From Vicinamibacterales bacterium (lineage in GTDB: Bacteria > Acidobacteriota > Vicinamibacteria > Vicinamibacterales > SCN-69-37), in NCBI GenBank assembly GCA_046598935.1, contig JBKJHW010000088.1:1-57993 (forward strand): 57,993 nt of DNA. The letters are read 5' to 3'. A program made the position numbers and the translations under genes. This document shows, piece after piece, positions 49,626 to 57,993 of the stretch. Positions within the stretch are counted from its first letter, which is position 1, and the number at the start of each line of letters is the position of its first letter. The notes under the pieces are model-generated. The model worked only from the letters and a program-made list of their open reading frames with translations, was not told the DNA's origin and ran no database searches.

Positions 49626-49695
49626 GTTACCGCCCTGTCGCAGGCCCGTTTCCGCGGAGTTAATTCGTTACACGTCGCGTTTACACGGAATTTAC
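49626..49695 (-). promoter_or_regulatory. Array of PHO-box-like half sites upstream of the porin-pst operon
   Basis: GTTAC/GTCGC/GTTTC/GTTAA at 11-bp period from 49626; TTTAC-N6-TTTAC at 49680-49695. Confidence 0.6.
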
Positions 49696-49747
49696 CTGGC
49701 CGCTGCGGGTAATCGGACAGAATCAAGTCACTGCCCCGGGAGCCTGT

Positions 49748-49954
49748 ATGACCACCACAACAAAACACGACGACGCCACCGCCATTTCTCACGATAGAAA
49801 AGTCAGCGTCGTCCGCCAGCCGGTCGGCTGGGAAGTCCGCGAAGAGGAAGGCCAGAATATTTTGCGGTCGGTGACGGTCACTGATTGGCACCGCGTCGAG
49901 CGCGCGGTCCTGGCGTTCGCGCACAGCGCGCAGCCGGTTTCCGCGGCGCGCTAA
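49748..49954 (+). CDS. Small hypothetical protein (GWEVREE…DWHRVER)
   Basis: Fills the intergenic gap; GGAG upstream; protein-like composition. Confidence 0.6.
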   Translation: MTTTTKHDDATAISHDRKVSVVRQPVGWEVREEEGQNILRSVTVTDWHRVERAVLAFAHSAQPVSAAR

Positions 49955-51720
49955 TCGCGCGGCGCGCCGTCCGGGCCGGCCGGAATAAACAGTGTGACTA
50001 TCGCGCCGCCGCCGGCGCGATTTTCGGCGGAGACGCGGCCTCCGTGTAATTCCATCAGATGTCTGACGATTGCCAGGCCGAGTCCCGTGCCGCCCGGGTC
50101 GCGCGTGCGCGAACGATCCACCCGATAGAAGCGTTCGAAGATCCGCGAAAGATCACCCGCCGGAATACCGGTTCCCCGATCACCCACTGAAACCGCGACG
50201 CCACCGGGCCGGCGGACCGATTCGATCTCGATGATTGAGTCCTCGGGCCCGTAATTGATCGCATTCTCGACAAGATTTCTCAGCGCGTCGTGGAGCTTGG
50301 CGGGATCGCCCGACAGGACCGCGGCGTCCTGAGCGATTGTTCGCGAGATGCACTGGCGCTTGCGCGCGAGCGCGTCTTCCATTTCGGCTTCGACGCCGTT
50401 CACCAGCGCATCCACCGCGACGACAGACCGTTCGATCGCTTCCTGGCCCGCGTCCAACCGGGCCAGGCGGAGCAGATCGCGCACCAGCCGCTCCATGCGC
50501 AGCGTGTGCCGGCCAATGATTTCGAGAAAGCGCCGCCGCTCGGCATCGGTCGTCGGCGGGGCATCGAGCAGCGCTTCGACATATCCGCGCACAGCGGTGA
50601 GCGGCGTTCGCAGCTCATGAGAAACGTTCGCGACGAAGTCGCGCCGCACACGGTCGGCGCGTCGCAGATCAGTCACGTCGTGGAGCACAAGGACGAGTCC
50701 GCCGGCCGGCTCATGCGCCACGCGCACGACGTTCGCGATGTACGCGCGATCGGGCGAGCGCAGCAGATGCACTTCGCGCGCTTCGGGCGCCTCGCCGGGT
50801 CCCAGCGCCGCGGTCAGAAGCTGAATGATGTCCGCGTCCCGCACGAGATCGCGGATGTGGCGGCCTTCCGCATCATCGGGCAGCTGCAGCATTGTTCGCG
50901 CGGCATGATTGGTGAGCACCAGCCGCCGGTCGCGATCGACGAGCAAGACGCCCTCGAACATCCCCGCCAGGATGCTGCGCAACTGCGCGCGCTCGGTCGT
51001 GCTTTCACCAAACTTCCGACCCAGCTCGCTGACCGTGGTGTCAAGCACGCGCGCCACCGTGCCGATCTCATCGCGTCCGTACTCAAAGCTCGGCCGCGAA
51101 AAATCTCCTTCGGCGTACCGGCGGGCCGTGTCGGCGATCGCCTGCAGCCGCCGGCTGAGCAGCGCGGACATCACCCAGGCCAGCCCCAGCGCGATCAGCA
51201 GCGCGACGCCGAAGCCGATGGCGGCGACGCTTTGAATGCGCCGCACACGCTCGTCGACCGCTGTGAGCGGAAGGCCCAGCCGTACAACGTGCACGGGGCT
51301 CTGGTCCACGACGATGGCGGCGTATGTGGTCATGACGCCGGTGGTCTCCGACCGCCGAGTCGCCGCGCCGCGGCCCGATTGAAGGGCCCCCGTGATTTCC
51401 GGCCGCCCGCGGTGTGTTTCGAGCGCGGGAATTCGGGACACGTCGACTTCCGAGTCGCCGAGCACACGGCCCGCAAGGTCGAGCAAGGTGACCCGCGCCG
51501 TGAGCTGGCGGCCGAGCGCGTCGGCGTTGGCATCCGCATCTCCGCCGGCGGGACCGGTCGCCAGCAGTTGCGCCGTCAATTCGGCCTGCAGCATCAGGGT
51601 GTCCTCGACGTCTTTCCTTAGGCCCGCGCGTACGTCGGCGGAAATGAGCATCACCGACACGGTCAGCGACACCGCGGTCGTGACAAAGACCGCGAGCAGA
51701 ATGCGAAGCCGGAACGTCAC
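49951..51720 (-). CDS. phoR: Phosphate regulon sensor kinase (HAMP-PAS-HisKA-HATPase)
   Basis: [14 protein letters not shown] and [21 protein letters not shown] motifs. Confidence 0.93.
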   Translation of the reverse strand: MTFRLRILLAVFVTTAVSLTVSVMLISADVRAGLRKDVEDTLMLQAELTAQLLATGPAGGDADANADALGRQLTARVTLLDLAGRVLGDSEVDVSRIPALETHRGRPEITGALQSGRGAATRRSETTGVMTTYAAIVVDQSPVHVVRLGLPLTAVDERVRRIQSVAAIGFGVALLIALGLAWVMSALLSRRLQAIADTARRYAEGDFSRPSFEYGRDEIGTVARVLDTTVSELGRKFGESTTERAQLRSILAGMFEGVLLVDRDRRLVLTNHAARTMLQLPDDAEGRHIRDLVRDADIIQLLTAALGPGEAPEAREVHLLRSPDRAYIANVVRVAHEPAGGLVLVLHDVTDLRRADRVRRDFVANVSHELRTPLTAVRGYVEALLDAPPTTDAERRRFLEIIGRHTLRMERLVRDLLRLARLDAGQEAIERSVVAVDALVNGVEAEMEDALARKRQCISRTIAQDAAVLSGDPAKLHDALRNLVENAINYGPEDSIIEIESVRRPGGVAVSVGDRGTGIPAGDLSRIFERFYRVDRSRTRDPGGTGLGLAIVRHLMELHGGRVSAENRAGGGAIVTLFIPAGPDGAPRD

Positions 51721-52421
51721 GGCTGTTCTTCGAGCCGGTAGCCGAATTGCTTGACCGTCGACAAGGCTTCGGTCAACACGGGCAGTTTTTCGCGCAACCG
51801 CCGGACGTGCACGTCCACGGTTCGCGTGCCGCCGGTGTAGTTGTATCCCCAGACATCCGTGAGCAGCAGGTCGCGCGACAGCACGCGTCCCTTGTGATCG
51901 ATCAGGTAACGAAGGAGCAGAAACTCTTTCGCCGTCAGCCTGACGTCATCGCCGTTATGCGTGATCCGGTGGCGATCCGCGTCGATAGAGATGGGGCCGT
52001 AGTTGATCAGTTCGTGTGCCGCAGAACCGCCGTCGGCGACGGCCGCGCTCCGGTTGGTGCGCCGCAAATGCGCGTTGACGCGCGCGACGAGTTCTTTCGG
52101 ACTGAATGGTTTGGTCAGATAGTCATCGGCGCCGAACTCAAGGCCGCGGACGCGATCGGATTCTTCGCCGCGCGCCGTCAGCATCATGATCGGCGTTGCC
52201 GACATGCGGTCGTCGTTGCGAATGGCCTGGCAGACCTGCAAGCCGTCCATCCCCGGCAGCATGAGATCGAGCAATACCAGCTCGGCCGGCTCTTGCGCCA
52301 GGCGCGACACCACGAGATTGCCGGCCGTGACGATCTCCGGCGTGTGACCGGCCTTCTCGAGATAGTGCTGAATCAGCTCCGCGATGTCGGCGTGGTCTTC
52401 GACGACGAGGATGCGGGCCAT
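51717..52421 (-). CDS. phoB: Phosphate regulon response regulator PhoB/PhoP
   Basis: [28 protein letters not shown] and [14 protein letters not shown]; coupled to phoR. Confidence 0.9.
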   Translation of the reverse strand: MARILVVEDHADIAELIQHYLEKAGHTPEIVTAGNLVVSRLAQEPAELVLLDLMLPGMDGLQVCQAIRNDDRMSATPIMMLTARGEESDRVRGLEFGADDYLTKPFSPKELVARVNAHLRRTNRSAAVADGGSAAHELINYGPISIDADRHRITHNGDDVRLTAKEFLLLRYLIDHKGRVLSRDLLLTDVWGYNYTGGTRTVDVHVRRLREKLPVLTEALSTVKQFGYRLEEQP

Positions 52422-52423
52422 TT

Positions 52424-53695
52424 CTATAATTCTCGCATGGCCCGTCCGCGGCCCGACATGAGCACGCCGGCGGAGATGAGCGCGAGCAATGCGCCGTTGA
52501 AAATGAGCGCTTTCGGCGCTGTCACCCAATCGGCCATCGCGCCTGTCACGAGGCCGCCGAGCGGCCCGCCGCTCCTCAGCGCGACCATGTAGATGCTGAT
52601 CACGCGGCCGCGCAACTCATCGGGAATGGCGAGCTGCACGATCGAAAACCCGATCGAGAACATCGCCATGAACGTCACGCCGGAGATGAACATCAGGGCG
52701 CAGTTGACGAGCCAGATGTGCGTCAGCGAAAAGATGATCACGAGCAGGCCCATCACCACTTGCAGGCCGAGCAGCGCGAGCCCCCGGCCCTTGAAGTGAC
52801 CGGCGGCGCCGATGGTCAGTGCGCCCAGAATCGCGCCGACGCCCTGGCACGCCTGGAGTGTCGCCAGCCGCGTCTGCGGCGTGCCGGGACCGTCGGCAAA
52901 CACACTCGTCGCGAATGCCGGCAGCAGCGTGATCAGGGGTTGCACGAGGAACGACGCCGTCGCGACAAGAATCGTGAGCGTGAGCACGATGCGGTTGTTC
53001 TTGACGAACTGGAGGCCGGTTCTCAGATCTTCGCGGATGGACTTCGGTCCCGTGGTCGACGACGCCAGCGCCGGCAGATGCAGCGCCATGAGCGTGAAGA
53101 TGACGATAAAGAAGGAAAGACCGTTGATGCCGAAGCATGCGGCTGTGCCGATGCTGAGCACGACGCCCGTGCCGATGAGCGGGCCGAGCACGCGCGAGAG
53201 ATTGAATTGCGTGGAGTTGAGCGCGATCGCGTTCGGCAGATGCTCGCGCGGCACGAGCGACGGAATGAGCGACTGATACGCCGGCCCGCCGAACGCCTGG
53301 CCGCAGCCCGCGAAAAACGAGAAGAAGAGAATGTGCCAGATCCGGATCTCGCCGGAGAAGACAAGCACCGCCAGCGAAAACGCCGCGACGGCCTGCACAA
53401 GTTGAGAGCGAATGAGCAGTTTGCGGCGGTCGTAGCGGTCGGCGATGACGCCGCCGATCAGCATGAACATCAGAATCGGCAACTGCCCGAGCGCCGAGTC
53501 GAGGCCCAGGTAAAAGCTCGAGTTGGTCAGTTTGTAGACGAGCAGCCCCTGCGCGTATTGCTGCATCCAGGTGCCGATCGTCGAGCCCAGAGCCGCCAGC
53601 CAGACGAGGCGAAAGTTCCGGTGGGTGAGTGCGACCCCTACGCGATGCCACATCGGGGCCTGTGGCGCGGGTGTGACGGGCGCGGCGTCGGACAC
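52424..53695 (-). CDS. MFS transporter
   Basis: STIGTWMQ, GGVIADRYDRR and PDELRGRV motifs; many TM segments. Confidence 0.92.
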   Translation of the reverse strand: MSDAAPVTPAPQAPMWHRVGVALTHRNFRLVWLAALGSTIGTWMQQYAQGLLVYKLTNSSFYLGLDSALGQLPILMFMLIGGVIADRYDRRKLLIRSQLVQAVAAFSLAVLVFSGEIRIWHILFFSFFAGCGQAFGGPAYQSLIPSLVPREHLPNAIALNSTQFNLSRVLGPLIGTGVVLSIGTAACFGINGLSFFIVIFTLMALHLPALASSTTGPKSIREDLRTGLQFVKNNRIVLTLTILVATASFLVQPLITLLPAFATSVFADGPGTPQTRLATLQACQGVGAILGALTIGAAGHFKGRGLALLGLQVVMGLLVIIFSLTHIWLVNCALMFISGVTFMAMFSIGFSIVQLAIPDELRGRVISIYMVALRSGGPLGGLVTGAMADWVTAPKALIFNGALLALISAGVLMSGRGRAMREL

Positions 53696-53713
53696 GACAC
53701 GTCATCTTACCTG

Positions 53714-53760
53714 TTGCCTGCCGGAACCCTCGCCGGTATAGTAGCGAAAGTTAGGCGAAA
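53714..53760 (+). promoter_or_regulatory. Sigma70-like promoter of imuA plus a direct-repeat operator candidate
   Basis: TTGCCT(53714)-N17-TATAGT(53737), followed by GCGAAA-gttag-GCGAAA at 53744-53760. Confidence 0.65.
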
Positions 53761-53765
53761 CTCTG

Positions 53766-54524
53766 ATGGTTTCTCAGGCAATTCAACACATTGAAGGGCT
53801 CCTCCGCGCCCGAAAGCTGGACGGCACGCTGGCCAAGCTCGAGCTCGTTCCGGCGATGGCGCCGACCGGCCTCGACGCGTTCGACAGGGCGCTTGGCGGC
53901 GGCTGGCGCCGGGGCGAGCTCTCGGAATTGACGGGGCCGAAATCCTCAGGCCGCACCAGTCTGTTGTTGGCCTCGCTGGCCGCCGCGACCGCCCGCGGCG
54001 AAGTCGTGAGCATCGTCGACAGCCTCGACCGCTTCGATCCAGCCATGGCCGCTGCGGCCGGCGTGGATGTCATGCGCGTGTTGTGGGTCCGCGGACCGAG
54101 CTCGACGGAGCTCAAAAAGTCGGGAGTTAATTGCCAGAGAGCAGGCGGGCAATTAACTCCCGACTTTTCGAGCTTCGCCGACGCGCTCGTGCGCCGCGCC
54201 CTTCGCGCCGCCGATCTCATCATCCGCGCCGGCGGCTTCGGCATCGTCGCGCTCGATCTTGCGGATGTCTCGCCGCAATTGCTGCGGCGCATTCCCTTGT
54301 CATCGTGGCTGCGCATCGCGCACGCGAATGAAGGGCGCGACACGGTGTGTCTCCTGCTTGCCGATCAGCCGCTCGCACGTAGCCCCCGCGGAGTCTCGGT
54401 GCGACTGAATGCAGCGCCTCGGTGGAGCGGGGACAGCGTGCAGAGTCGCAGACTCGCAGGACTCGACGTTGCAGTCACTGTGACATCTGCTCGCCACATC
54501 GACACAGCAAGGCTCGAAATATGA
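53766..54524 (+). CDS. imuA: ImuA (RecA-like) mutagenesis protein
   Basis: TGLDAFDRALGGG, ELTGPKSSGRTS and GGFGIVALD; upstream of imuB-dnaE2. Confidence 0.88.
   Translation: MVSQAIQHIEGLLRARKLDGTLAKLELVPAMAPTGLDAFDRALGGGWRRGELSELTGPKSSGRTSLLLASLAAATARGEVVSIVDSLDRFDPAMAAAAGVDVMRVLWVRGPSSTELKKSGVNCQRAGGQLTPDFSSFADALVRRALRAADLIIRAGGFGIVALDLADVSPQLLRRIPLSSWLRIAHANEGRDTVCLLLADQPLARSPRGVSVRLNAAPRWSGDSVQSRRLAGLDVAVTVTSARHIDTARLEI
54109..54174. repeat. Palindromic element (21-bp perfect arms, 12-nt loop) in frame in imuA
   Basis: aaaagtcgggagttaattgcc…ggcaattaactcccgactttt; translates to KKSGVNCQRAGGQLTPDFS. Confidence 0.9.
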
Positions 54525-56101
54525 AGTGCGTACTCTTCGCAGAGGGTTCGTACGAAACAGTGGGTTCGAACGAACCCTCGACGGTCGTACGAACCCCCGA
54601 AGTTCGTACGAACCCCCAAGCTCGTACGAACTCTCATAACGCGCTCCTGGAATTGGCGCGCCTGTGCTCTCCGCGCGTCGAGGCGCTGGGAGTGAACGGG
54701 GCGGTCTTTGACGCCAGTGGACTTTCGCGCGTGCTGGGGACGCCGCGTGACATCGCCAGGGAAGTGCAACGCCTGGCGGTTGCGCGCGGCGTCCGCGCGC
54801 GGATTGCCGTCGCGCCGACGACCACGTCGGCGTGGCTGCTTGCGCAGGCGCCGAACGCGCCGACCATGAAGACGCGTCCGGCGGCGATCACGGTCGTCGA
54901 AGGCAATGTGGCCGAGGCGTTGTCGCCGCTGCCGGTGGCGCTGCTGCTTACGGTGCCGGGGCTGTCGGACCTGGCGGGCCCTGGGGGAACGCCCGGGATA
55001 ATGCCCGGGGGAACGCCCGGGATAATGAACGTGCGGCGCCAGCGCGTGCCGCGCGGCCAGAATTTTCGCGCCGCGCCGTCGCCGATGCGTACGAGCAATG
55101 TCGGTTTTGTGCGAATTGAAGCGCAGCTGCTGACCACCTTCGAGCGCTGGGGCATCCGCACGCTCGGCGACGTCGCGGCGCTCTCGCGCGCGGAGCTGCG
55201 CGCGCGCTTCGGTGACATCGGCGCGCGATTGCATGAAGCGTCGATCGGCGAAGACCGCCGGCCGCTCACGCCCGGCGAAGCGCCGCGGCGGTTCGTCGAG
55301 CGGCTGACGCTCGATTGGCCGATCGAAGGACTCCAGCCGCTGTCGTTTGTTGTCGCGCGGCTGTGCGAATCGCTCTCGAAGCAGCTCGAAGACGCTGACC
55401 GCGGCGCGGTGGCGGTGACAACGAGATTGGCGCTGGTGTCGAAGGCGGGGTTTGAGCGCACGCTGCATTTACCGGCGCCGATGCGCGACCCGCGCGTGCT
55501 GCGCACGCTGATTCAGCTCGATCTCGAAACGCATCCGCCGAAAGGCGCGACGGATGAGATCACCGGCCTCGCGACGAGCGGCATCGACGCGGTCGAAGTG
55601 GAAGTCGAAGTGTCGCCCGGCCGGATCACGCAGGGTGCGTTGTTTGTGAAGACGACCCCGACGCCCGAGGCCTTGTCGACGCTGGTGGCGCGATTGGGCG
55701 CGCTGATGGGCGGCGACCGCGTCGGGTCGCCGGCGCTCACGGATTCTTACGACGAGCGATCAAATTTCACGCAGATTTCTTTGAACGTCCAGCAGGAGCG
55801 CGCGAACGCGCAGCGCGAGAGTACGAACCCTCAGCGCGAGAGTGCGAACGCCCTGCGACCGGTGTGCTTGGGTTTCCGCCGCCTTCGATCAGCGCCGGCG
55901 ATTCGGGTGGAGTGTACGAACAATCGTCCGAAGGCGTGTGCCGTCGCCGGCCCGTGGAGAACCTCCGGTCGTTGGTGGCGCCGCGATTCGTCGGCGTGGG
56001 ATCGGGATACCTGGGACTTACAGCTGGCATCCGGCGAGCTGCAAAGGGTCAGCTTTAATCGCCGCTCCAAAAACTGGGAACTCGAAGGCACGTACGACTG
56101 A
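54521..56101 (+). CDS. imuB: ImuB, catalytically inactive Y-family polymerase homologue
   Basis: SPRVE, FDASGL, WGIRTLGDVAAL, AGPWRTSGRWW and LEGTYD; no catalytic motifs. Confidence 0.88.
   Translation: MKCVLFAEGSYETVGSNEPSTVVRTPEVRTNPQARTNSHNALLELARLCSPRVEALGVNGAVFDASGLSRVLGTPRDIAREVQRLAVARGVRARIAVAPTTTSAWLLAQAPNAPTMKTRPAAITVVEGNVAEALSPLPVALLLTVPGLSDLAGPGGTPGIMPGGTPGIMNVRRQRVPRGQNFRAAPSPMRTSNVGFVRIEAQLLTTFERWGIRTLGDVAALSRAELRARFGDIGARLHEASIGEDRRPLTPGEAPRRFVERLTLDWPIEGLQPLSFVVARLCESLSKQLEDADRGAVAVTTRLALVSKAGFERTLHLPAPMRDPRVLRTLIQLDLETHPPKGATDEITGLATSGIDAVEVEVEVSPGRITQGALFVKTTPTPEALSTLVARLGALMGGDRVGSPALTDSYDERSNFTQISLNVQQERANAQRESTNPQRESANALRPVCLGFRRLRSAPAIRVECTNNRPKACAVAGPWRTSGRWWRRDSSAWDRDTWDLQLASGELQRVSFNRRSKNWELEGTYD
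54544..54633. repeat. Five copies of palindromic GTTCGTACGAAC-like units at 18-19 bp spacing in the 5' end of imuB
   Basis: Cores start at 54548, 54566, 54585, 54604 and 54622. Confidence 0.85.
54983..55027. repeat. 24-bp tandem duplication in imuB (PGGTPGIM x2)
   Basis: gggggaacgcccgggataatgccc is repeated. Confidence 0.85.
55790..55852. repeat. 3 x 21-bp tandem repeat in imuB (QQERANA/QRESTNP/QRESANA)
   Basis: Direct reading of the sequence. Confidence 0.8.
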
Positions 56102-56149
56102 GAAATAGGGGTCGGGAGTTATTTCGAAATAACTCCCGACCCCTATTTC
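56102..56149. repeat. Perfect 48-bp palindrome between imuB and dnaE2, same family as the elements at 12570 and 54109
   Basis: gaaataggggtcgggagttatttc|gaaataactcccgacccctatttc. Confidence 0.92.
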
Positions 56150-56160
56150 CGGCTGCTTCC

Positions 56161-57993
56161 ATGTTCATTGAGCTCCATACCTCCTCCGCGTTTTCGTTCC
56201 TGCGCGGCGCGTCGCTGCCCGAAGCGCTGATCGAGCGCGCGGCGGCGCTTGGGTATCCGGCGCTGGCGTTGCTCGATGCCGACGGCGTGTACGGCGCGCC
56301 GCAGTTTTACCGCGCCGCCAACAAAGCCGGGCTCAAAGCCATCGTCGGCGCGGAATTGACGATGGGGGAGGCGGGGCAGCCGGAGCGGGATTGGCGGCTG
56401 CCGGTACTGGTGTCGTCGGTCGAGGGTTACCGGAATCTGTGCCGCGCGATTACGCGGGTGAAGCTGCGCTCGGCCAAAGGCGAGGCGCGATTCACACTCA
56501 AAGACTTGGATGGGCGGACGCGCGGGTTAGTGGCGCTCGCCGGCCGCGAGGCGCTGATGGCGCAGCATCATGGCGTCGGCGGCCTCACCGATCAGCTCGT
56601 CGGCATCTTCGGGCGCGACGGCGTGTGGGTGGAGTTGCAGCGGCATTTCCGCCGCGACGAGGAGTCCGCCAATCGCGCGCTGCTCGATCTCTCGTCCGCG
56701 TTCCGCGTGCAGGTGATGGCGTCGAACGGCGTGCGGTTCGCGTCGGGCGCGGACCGGCCGCTGTTCGATGTGCTGACGTGCATCCATCACGGCGTGACGC
56801 TCGAAACGGCCGGGCGGCGGCTCACGGCCAATGCCGAGAGGTATTTGAAGCCGCCCGAGTCGATGGCCAGATTGTTTTCCGATGTGCCGCAGGCGCTCGC
56901 CGGCACCGAAGCGCTGGCGGAGCGGCTGGATTTCACGCTCGCGAATCTCGGCTATCGCTTTCCCGACTATCCCGTGCCGGCGGGCGAAACCGAGATTTCG
57001 TTTTTACGCCGGCTGGCGCAAGTCGGCGCGCGCGATCGCTATCGCCCGTACCACGACAAGGCAAGACATCAGATTGACCGCGAATTGGCTCTCATAGAAA
57101 AACTCGAACTGGCCGGTTATTTCCTGATCGTCTGGGACATCGTGAACTTCTGCCGGCAGCAGCGCATTCTCGTGCAGGGCCGCGGCTCGGCCGCCAACAG
57201 CGCCGTCTGCTATGCGCTCGGCATCACGGCCGTCGATCCGGTGGGGATGGAGCTGCTCTTCGAGCGGTTTCTCTCGGAAGAGCGCGGCGAATGGCCCGAC
57301 ATCGATCTCGATCTGCCGAGCGGCGACCGGCGCGAGCGCGTCATTCAGTACGTGTACGAACGCTACGGCCGGATGGGCGCGGCGATGACGGCCAACGTCA
57401 TCACCTATCGCGGCAAGAGCGCAGCGCGCGAAGTCGGTAAAGTACTGTGCATTCCTGAAGAAGAAATAGCGAGGCTTGCGCGCATGATGCACGGCTTCGA
57501 GTGGGTCGATCCCGCTGATTCGTTCGCGAGACATCTCACGGAAGCCGGGCTCGATCCCCACGACGCGCGATATCAGCAGTTCGGCGATCTCTGGCAGCAG
57601 ATGCAGGATCTGCCGCGCCATCTGGGCCAGCACTCCGGCGGCATGGTGGTTTGTCAGGGCCGGCTCGACGAAGTCGTGCCGCTCGAGCCCGCGTCGATGC
57701 CCGGCCGCGTCGTCGTGCAATGGGACAAGGACGATTGCGCCGATCTCGGCATCGTGAAGGTGGATTTACTGGGCCTCGGGATGATGGCGGCACTCGAAGA
57801 CGCGTTAGCCATTATCAATACAAAGAGTGAATCTCCATGTCCCTCCATGGCCCCCCAAGGTGGAAATGCTGTTGATCTTGCGCACCTGCCGCCGGACGAC
57901 CCGGCCGTCTACGCGATGCTGCAACGCGCAGACACGGTGGGCGTCTTCCAGGTCGAATCGCGCGCGCAGATGGCGACGCTGCCGCGCATGCGC
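56161..57993 (+). CDS. dnaE2: Error-prone DNA polymerase DnaE2 (runs off the window; absent from the ORF track)
   Basis: MFIELHTSSAFSFLRGAS…; GRGSAANSAVCY, FERFLSEERGEWPDIDLD, PRHLGQHSGG, QWDKDD and GVFQVESRAQM. Confidence 0.96.
   Translation, partial: MFIELHTSSAFSFLRGASLPEALIERAAALGYPALALLDADGVYGAPQFYRAANKAGLKAIVGAELTMGEAGQPERDWRLPVLVSSVEGYRNLCRAITRVKLRSAKGEARFTLKDLDGRTRGLVALAGREALMAQHHGVGGLTDQLVGIFGRDGVWVELQRHFRRDEESANRALLDLSSAFRVQVMASNGVRFASGADRPLFDVLTCIHHGVTLETAGRRLTANAERYLKPPESMARLFSDVPQALAGTEALAERLDFTLANLGYRFPDYPVPAGETEISFLRRLAQVGARDRYRPYHDKARHQIDRELALIEKLELAGYFLIVWDIVNFCRQQRILVQGRGSAANSAVCYALGITAVDPVGMELLFERFLSEERGEWPDIDLDLPSGDRRERVIQYVYERYGRMGAAMTANVITYRGKSAAREVGKVLCIPEEEIARLARMMHGFEWVDPADSFARHLTEAGLDPHDARYQQFGDLWQQMQDLPRHLGQHSGGMVVCQGRLDEVVPLEPASMPGRVVVQWDKDDCADLGIVKVDLLGLGMMAALEDALAIINTKSESPCPSMAPQGGNAVDLAHLPPDDPAVYAMLQRADTVGVFQVESRAQMATLPRMR
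57828..57870. repeat. Second copy of the 3 x 10-bp ctccatg repeat, in frame in dnaE2
   Basis: tgaatctccatgtccctccatggccccccaaggtggaaatgct; translates to ESPCPSMAPQGGNA. Confidence 0.75.

Noticed and set aside
54544-54633. CRISPR array
   Set aside because: Spacers are only about 6-7 nt, the array lies inside an ORF, and there are no cas genes in the window.
56391-57848. ORF-track entries in the last 1.8 kb
   Set aside because: They are off-frame or antisense to dnaE2, which is missing from the track only because it has no stop inside the window.

Overview
GC-rich bacterial chromosome segment. Gene style suggests Acidobacteriota, possibly Vicinamibacteria; this is inference only. Layout: (i) 1-3.3 kb is an accessory edge with a RelE/Gp49-like toxin and XRE antitoxin, a 3' tRNA-Arg(TCT) fragment (att-like), a double-HTH gene, small hypotheticals and a complete IS30-family element. 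The first 266 bp contain a fold-back inversion that looks like an amplification or assembly chimera. (ii) 3.3-31.5 kb holds mostly housekeeping genes: rex, moaC, acyl-CoA ligase, CDF transporter, lepB, a LytS/LytTR pair, orphan nuoI, HMT-MTHFR fusion, lon, dadA-like, a FabF/flavin-oxidoreductase/ICMT lipid-like cluster, TPR-metallopeptidase, rhomboid, FHA-GAF-PP2C, leuA-like, M28 peptidase and yacG. (iii) 31.5-52.4 kb is a large phosphate/polyphosphate region: ppx followed by two paralogous thymidylate-kinase-fold genes, divergent CHAD-sixA, glgC, arsC plus aquaporin, an internally deleted PhoB-like gene, DUF47-pit-pstB-phoU, porin-pstSCAB and phoBR. 11-bp-period PHO-like repeats sit at five promoters. 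(iv) An MFS gene and an imuA-imuB-dnaE2 cassette run off the right end. Best leads: the ppx-TMK/TMK*-CHAD-SixA module as a candidate uncharacterised polyP kinase-like system; dispersed palindromic and short repeat families inserted in frame in proteins; pervasive leaderless-type promoters; and a candidate SOS operator.
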